From positions 18,397,267-18,461,266 of the forward strand of contig CM119270.1 in NCBI GenBank assembly GCA_051294375.1: a DNA stretch of 64,000 bases. The letters run 5' to 3'. Position numbers and translations under genes: made by a program. Positions within the stretch are counted from its first letter, which is position 1; the number at the start of each line of letters is the position of its first letter. Under the pieces are notes generated by a model. That model was not told the origin of the DNA. It worked only from the letters and a program-made list of their open reading frames with translations, and searched no databases. Positions 56,369 through 64,000 of this stretch are shown here, in pieces. Source of the stretch: Paraspadella gotoi (taxonomy: Eukaryota > Animalia > Chaetognatha).

Positions 56369-58039
56369 TTCTATTTTGAGTTTTCGTCGGTAGAAGGTCG
56401 AATAAACGATTGGGGGTCGAATGAGCGAAGGAGAAATTTCCATCAATCTGAAACGTTGTTATCGGTACTTATAACTGATCATTAATGTATCGAAAACAAT
56501 ACTTTTCCATAAATTAAAAANNNNNNNNNNNNNNNNNNNNNNNNNTCTTAAAGGCATAGGAATCGAGCCGTACTCTTTGATGATAACGCAGAGGATATTC
56601 AATCGCGATGATAACAAACAGTATGCGATAGCTGAATGCGAGAACAATACACTTAGATGCGGAGATAATAAAAAAACTGATGTGATGATAATCAAATGAT
56701 TGATGTCGATGAAGGTCAATTCATCTGATGTGAGTGATAATTCATTCATGCATATGATGAATAATGCATTCATTGAGATGCCGCGATGAAGTTCATTACA
56801 TGTGACGCGATGCAGGTCATATCCATCGTAATAAAACAAACAATGCGTGTATGAATCGAAAGAGAGAGAGAGAGAGAGAGAGACGAGAGTGAGGGAGAGA
56901 GAGAGAGAGAAAGAACGTGACGAGAGGCTGGTCCAGTTTTCCTCCTTTATATTAAAGGTATAATGCAGAAGCGTGGACCGCTATCAGAGCTGATTGAGGC
57001 TCGTTTGTTCGAAACGTATCTAGGTAGGGCGACACGTCTTTTCTCTTCCTTAATGAATTTTTGATTGTTTGTTAGGACAATCCGGGGTCCAACAATTCAT
57101 ATTGATATTTAACTAATATATAAATATTTATCCCAACTCAAATAATTATTATTTTAAACAAAAGAATAAAAATGATTAAATTACTATACACTTAAAAAAA
57201 TTACCAATTTTTAAAATCGGTAAAAAATTTTTAGGCGAGAATAACAAAACAAGTCAATGTTCTAATCTTCTGGAGCAATATCTGTCCTCTTGCTCAACTC
57301 CTATTTTAGAATATACATTTGCCACATCTAGTGGGCCGACCGGCCAAAGTTACATAATAAACAAAAACAAAAAAATTTTTTTGTTTAGAAAGTTTATATG
57401 CTAATTAAACTTAATCCCGCCGTCATGCCGGACGACTCATAGCAGCTATACTGTAACAGCGAGCAAGCTGATGTTACATGGAATTGCCTGCATTATAGAG
57501 TTATTCTTTCCTTATTTTTCTAGAAAAGGAATCATGAAAATCTGTCGGATGTTAAATTTGGGATTTTGCTATAGAGAAAAAAAAGTAAATGGCGATAGAT
57601 AAAAGTTTTTAGAATGAAAAAAAATAATAAGAATTGTTCAAAAAAGTCGAACGGTCGTACGCATAGAGAGAGAGACCAAGGAGAGAGAGACGGAGAGAGA
57701 GAGAGAGTGAAAAAAAGTGACTAAAAAATTTTTTTTTGTAAAAAAAAAAAGAGACAGAGAGAGAAGAGATAGAGAAGAGAGCCGGAACTCGTTTACTCGT
57801 ACGGCGCAGTGACGGAGGTAAAAAAAGGTGACTAAAAATTTTTATTTTTTGTACAAAAAAAAAGAGATAGAAACGAGAGAAAGAGAGAGACGAGACAGAA
57901 TAGAGAGAAAGATAGATGAGAGAGCAGAGAGAGAGAGAGAGGAGGAGAGAGAGAGAGAGAGAGCCGGAACACACGTGTTTACCTCGTTTACAAGTGAATA
58001 AATTTTTTTTTTTTGTAAAAAAAAAAAGAGAGAGAGAGT

Positions 58040-58089
<50 letters not shown>

Positions 58090-58097
58090 GAGAGAAA

Positions 58098-58136
<39 letters not shown>

Positions 58137-59489
58137 TTTTCCCGCCAACGATACGCAATATTTAGGGTCACTCTTGTTTATATCGGGCGTGATCTCCGGT
58201 CAAGTTGATTTTTTTATACACGTAACCGCGTTATTAGGTCATGTTCCTCGACATTGTTTACTTCGTTGCCCCGCAAACGGCCACGAAATCCAGGTGAAGT
58301 TAGTTATTTCTTCACATTTTCTCATAAAAAAATCACGAAAATCTCAGATGTATAATTTGGGATTTTGTATTGAGAAAGAAGCGCGGAATAAAGTGTGGCG
58401 ATATAACAATTTTTAGAAGGAAAGAAATATAAGAAATTTTTTCAAAAAACGGTGGTCAAAACAAAGCTGGAAAATTTTTTTGTTGTGTAAAAAAAAAGAG
58501 AGAGAGAGAGCAGAGAGAGAGAGGAGAGAGAGAGAGACGGAGGGAGACGGAGCCTGAGAGAGAGAGCAGCGCCTGAACATCTTTTTTTTTAAACGATTCA
58601 GAAAAGGCAGCGCCTGAGATCAATATACTATTTTTTAGAAAGAAAAATAATCAGTAATCTTTTCATAAAAACGACCGATCACGCAAGGAGATCGCACACA
58701 AAGAGAGACGAGAGAGAAACTAACTCGTTTTTATAACGATTCAGAAAAGGCAGCGCCTAAAAAAAAATATATATAATTAAAAAATAAATAAAAGAAAGGC
58801 AAAAAATGTTACAATGTTTACAATTGGACAACATTTTCCAATTATTGTCTCAATCGCAGCTTGTAAAAAGATTTTAATTTTTATTTTGTATTAACAATTA
58901 AGAAATAAGCTTCTCAATTAAAAAAATCCTTTGAGTTCCCTTTTATCTAGAAATTTAAAAAAAATTTTTTGAATTCACTCAATATTACTATACTGCAATA
59001 TGTAAATTAGCTTAAATGCATTCTTATACTAATTGGATAATCTATACATGAGTACTATCAATCTCATTTGCTATCTGTAGTAATCATAATGAAGTGGAAA
59101 TTCAAACAAAAAATACTTAAATCCAAATGTAACTGATGAAACAATATCACCAGCTATTCAAGATGAAAAGGCCATATCTAAATTCTTAACTTACCTATCG
59201 ATCGCACACTTTTGTAAAACTCTTATCATGAATTCATAAAATTTCTTATTTTAAAAAAACGGTAATCACAGCCAAACCTATAAAGCTAGTAGTTTTATAT
59301 ATATGAAAACAGCGTGACCACGACGACGACGACGACGACGACGTCACAACAAGAAGCACACCTAAACATGTATAGAGCCTGACCCGGCTTCGCCGGTCAG
59401 GTCGATAAAAAACAAAAAAAACAAAGGGCATTCTTTTTTCTGAATTTCACGAGCGAAGACACCATCGGCGGTGAATATAAAAGAAGGAT

Positions 59490-59650
59490 TGTGGCGATAT
59501 ATCACACCGCCCTCACGTCCGCCATCGTTCAGCCAAATCCATTGGCTCAGAGGGGGAACACACCATCCCAGGCGTAGTCGTTCCATCCACAGTCCTAACG
59601 ACTTCCCTCAGCCGTGGCAAAGCGAGACCGTCCTAGGGTAGCACGCTACA
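59490..59650 (+). mobile_element. 161-bp TG...CA mini-element with 4-bp TSD GGAT (short relative of the DELE1-intron element)
   Basis: ggat|TGTGGCG...CGCTACA|ggat. The same locus recurs inverted at 60899-61055 and partially at 59885-59936. Confidence 0.8.
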
Positions 59651-60679
59651 GGATAACCATAATGTCTCTCTCTCAATTTGTCGGTTCAACTCCGCCGTCC
59701 ATCGGCTGGAACTTTTACTCCGTCGGTCAACCCTCGATCATTTTCAGCACGAACGAATCCTGGAGATTGAAACCTCTTTCTCTAAAACCCACTCCGCCTA
59801 CAGCTACCGAGGGGATAGACCATTTTTCATCCCTTGCAAAATCCAAGAGATAGAAAAAACAAAAAACAATCCTATCTCTCTCTTACGACTTCCCTCAGCG
59901 GTGGCAAAGCAAGACCGTCCTAGGGTAACCGCTACAGGATAACCATAATGTCTCTTCGTCAATTTGTCGGTCAACTCCGCCCGTCCATCGGTGAACTTTT
60001 TACTCCGTCGGTCAACCCTCGATCATTTTCAGGCGACGAACGAATCCTGGAGATTGAAACCTCTTTCTCTAACAACCCAACTCCGCTACAGCTACCGAGG
60101 GGATAGACATTTTCTATCCTTTTGCAAAATCAAGAGGATAGAAAAAACAAAAAACAATCCCTAAGAGAGAGATTGAAGGAGAAAAAATAATGGACGAGAA
60201 ATGCAGGGGGGGCGTGAGGGGGGGGAGAGAAAGAGATGAGTGGGATAACAGAAAATAGAGAAGGGANNNNNNNNNNNNNNNNNNNNNNNNNGATTGCTAA
60301 TGCGAAATCTGGATGAACCGACATGTCTTTTTTTCCCGCATCGGGGGAAAGGCAGGGAATTGAGTGTAGGGGGGGTTTTTTTGGGGGGGGAGTGAGCCTT
60401 AAAGAGAATTAAGAATATTAAAGCGGAACAGCTCCGCTATCTCACCGTTGGAAAGGGGGAGCAGGTCGGCGGGAGGAGGGCGCGTGCGGCGAGCGGCGTA
60501 GAAGCCGAGTCGACACGGAGTTAGATATTCTCTTGACGAATCCCCCCGAGGTCTTTGGGGAATGTAAAATCCGCGGTTAAGGAAGAGGTAGAAAAAAATA
60601 ATGACGAGAAATGCAGGGGGGGCGCGACGTGAGGGGGGGGAGGAAGCAAATGAGTGGGATAACAGAAAATAGAGAAGGG

Positions 60680-62517
60680 AATTGTTTTTGTTTTTTCTAT
60701 CCTCTTGATTTTGCAAAAGGATAGAAAATGTCTATCCCTCGGTAGCTGTAGCGGAGTTGGGTTGTTAGAGAAAGAGGTTTCAATCTCCAGGATTCGTTCG
60801 TCGCCTGAAAATGATCGAGGGTTGACCGACGGAGGTAAAAAGTTCACCGATGGACGGCGGAGTGACTACAAATTGACGTAGAGACATTATGGTTATCCTG
60901 TACGGGTTACCGAGGACGGTTCTGCTTTGCCACCGCTGAGGGAAGTCGTTAGGACTGTGGCTGAACACTACGCCTGGGATTGGTGTGTTCCCCCTCTGAG
61001 CCAATGGATTTGGCTGAACGATGGCGGACGTGAGGCGGTGTAATATACCGCCACAAATCCTTCTTTTATATTCACCGCCATATGGCTGTCTTCGTCGTGA
61101 AATTAGAAAAAAGATGCCTTTTGTTTTTTGTTTTTTAATTTATGGAAAAGTTTTGTTTTCGATACATTAAATGATCAGTTATAAGTACCGATAATAACGT
61201 TTCAGATTTACTGGAAATTTTCTCCTTCGCTCATTCGACCCCCAATCGTTTATTCGACCTTCTACCGACGAAAACTCAAAATAGAACGTCGGTCGTCGTC
61301 GTCGTCGTCGTTCGTCTGTCGTTCGTCGTCGTCGTCGTCGTCGTCGTTCGTCGTCGTCGTCCGTCGTCGTCGTCTCGGGAAACCCCCGTTTTTCTTCATC
61401 CCGCCATTTTTTTTCGGTGTCGTCAGTTTTTTGTTTCTTTTTCCTTCTTTCAGTTTTTGATCGTGATTTATGAAGAAAAGTCAGTCAGACGCGCGAAACG
61501 GTTTTTTTTTATATATGTAGTGTATTGTTTCTGCGTTTACTTGGTCTGTTGTTTCGTCTATTGTGCGAGTTACAAATCTCGAGTGGTCAGTGATATGTGG
61601 TGATAGAAACATTTTCATAAATATAACTAATATTAGATTCTCTCAAGTAGGAACAAAATTTTCCAACGAAAACTGGAGTCTTCCCTAAGTATTTTTTTCA
61701 CTGATGGACGAAGGACAGACAGGCAGACAGACGGGCGGTCTCCCCGTTAGTCGCCAGATGCCGCTTTTCTCTCTTGTTTAATTCGTTTCCTTGGAAGGAA
61801 AAAACCGTCGCTGGAGAAAGAGTAGGAGGAGGAGGAGGAGGAGGAGAGGAGGAGGGAGGAGAGAAGTCTGCAAGACTCGCTAATGATCCGTTTGGTCTTA
61901 TGTCGAACCGAAAGGAAAACTTATTACGAAAGATACCAGGCGGCCCGAACGTGTTGGTGGTCTTTGGCTGAAAGGCAAAATCTTATTAGTTGTTGTTAGT
62001 TGTTGTTATTATCGATCATGATGTGTCCGTGAACGAAGCAATGTCGAAGGTCTGAAACATAGTGACCGGTGTCCCCCTCTTAGAAAATGAATTCGGCGAC
62101 TTTATTTTCCGAATACGCCCTCATTCTGTTTCTAATTCCTAATTTAATTTTATATCCAAATATTTGACCAAAGATTAATATCTTAATCCCTAACTATAAA
62201 TCTCTAATGGAAAATCCACAAACTAACGCATTAACAAATCTAAACTTAAAAATTTATTTCGGAATTTAAGCTGAAAACTTTGGCCACATTATCCTCCCTG
62301 CTTCGAGCCTGCCAGCGCCGGAATTACTTCATCTCCGCTGAATACTGCCGCAGCGCTAGGAGCCGCAGCGCAGGGAAAGCCACGCCCCAACCAAACCAAA
62401 GGAGAAAACGGAGGGAGATTCACTCCTGAGTCGAGGAATAACGAAAAATTTTTTGACTCGGACGATTTTATTCCAAATGTTCATTTTTGAAGGCGATAGT
62501 GGCGACGGAGCTCATCG

Positions 62518-62561
<44 letters not shown>

Positions 62562-63847
62562 TCTTCTCTTTCTCTCTCGTTCTCTCTCGTTTTTTCCTTT
62601 TCTTCATATCATCAATCTCATTTCACACTTTCCTTTCTTCCTCTCTTCCACCCTCCCTCCCCTCCTTCCTCCCATTCTCCTTCCCCTCCTCCCTCCCTTC
62701 TTCTTCCCCCCTCCCCTTTCTCCTCCCTCCCCTCTCCCCCAGTTCCCCCCCGCAGGGTCAGCTCGTCAACCTGAAGATCAAAGCCTGCAGCCTTCGTCGA
62801 GAGATCCGCCACCTGAGCGCGTCCAAGAGGCCAACACCAAAGCATCCAAGAGGCCATCCACGAAGTCTCTTTTCCAAGATCGAGCGGGCCGCCGCCACCG
62901 TCCCGGGCCCAAACGAACACCCCCGTCCAGGCCAGAGAATAAAGGTGAGGAAAAGGGGGGGGTCAAAGGTGAGGCTTGGATGGGGACATCGGGCGTATGG
63001 GTGAGAATGTTCAAGATGGTTTAGTAAGGATGACAATTTTGAAGCAAACAAGAATAATTGTGCGGCAAATCTATGGAGTTGAACTCGCCTTACGGCAGAA
63101 AACACAAATTGTGAGGTTTTTTAGGCAATGGAACGAATCGATTTATCTTGGGTTAAGGATCGGAGATTTAGTTCATCTCGGGGTTGAAGTCGAATCAAAA
63201 AGAAAGTCAGAAACTGAGAGAGAAAAAAATGAAGAGAAGAAAAAAAAAGTAGAAATGAATGGATTTGCGGTAAATTGGCGGTGATAAAGACTAAAGAGAG
63301 AGGATTGCCGATTTTGAGGTAAGGCTCATGGCGGATGGAAGCGGTAGATGGGATTGGGATGGAGGGTCGGAGGGGTGAAGGGGCGGTAAAGGGGGAGAGA
63401 GGTAAAGGGGGCGAAGGGGTGTAGGGAACAAAGAGGCGCAAAGGGCGGCTGTTAGGTAATGCAGGGTGGAAGTTGTGTTACAGAGGCCGAAGAGCTGGTA
63501 AAGGGGGCATACGAAGGAATAAAGGGGGCAGAGGGGGATAAAGGGGTCACAGAGAGCGAAGGGGCCCAGAGGGGTTAAGAGGCAAAGAGTCGGGATTTGC
63601 GAAGAGAAGGAGGATTAAAGAAGAGTTTTTTTTTCTGCGGAAAGAAAAAACTCTCGACCGGATCACAAAATAAAGTCAGGAGTCTTGACTCCGTCACCCG
63701 CCGAGTCTTTCTGCTGATTACGATCGGTTGAAAACTGTTTGACTGGTGAACACCTTTCTGTGACTGTGGGGGGATTTATTTTTATTGGTCGTTGTTCCTC
63801 TTTTTTACTTATTTATTATTTTGGGAGCTCAATGATTCCGAACAGAA

Positions 63848-63878
<31 letters not shown>

Positions 63879-64000
63879 ATACAACGACGAAGACGACGAC
63901 GAATGTCTATATTATCATTTTTCGTTTTCAGTTCTCTTTCTTTCTTCTTTCTTTCTTTCTTTCTTCCTTTTTTCTGTCTTTCCTTCCTCACCCCTCACCC
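60680..64000 (+). other. Inverted, error-rich second copy of the ~46960-60160 region, lacking two large insertions; includes an SRCIN1-like exon copy at ~62756-62944
   Basis: Reverse-complement matches: 63660-64000 to 46965-47320; 62270-63660 to 47460-49969; 61135-62270 to 55434-56520; 60680-61135 to 59405-59870. Confidence 0.85.

Noticed and set aside
56988-57022. Additional hammerhead (ctgattgaggc...cgaaacgta)
   Set aside because: There is an extra base in the core and the stems are weak, in error-prone sequence.

Overview
Animal (invertebrate-type) genomic DNA with GC-rich exons, AT-rich introns and many (GA)n/(CT)n tracts. Five spliced genes lie on the minus strand: the 5' end of ATG2, a complete and compact huntingtin (16 exons, ~3272 aa, no polyQ, one GC-AG intron), a DELE1-like Sel1-repeat gene, an ABCC/MRP transporter, and the 3' part of an SRCIN1/KIAA1217-like gene. 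From ~44 kb onward there are N-gaps, error-rich sequence and direct and inverted duplicates that look like mis-joined haplotypes. One of these supplies the empty site of a 5.46-kb TTAA/Kolobok-type insertion. The most interesting signal is a family of small TG-ended elements with 4-bp target-site duplications (HTT intron 13, DELE1 intron, ~59.5 kb). The two ~255-bp copies carry covarying type-P5 twister ribozyme folds with self-complementary P1 segments, and a tRNA-headed SINE carries a third, degenerate copy. Penelope-type minimal hammerhead ribozymes also occur in fold-back repeats. All calls were made by eye; no searches or folding programs were run.
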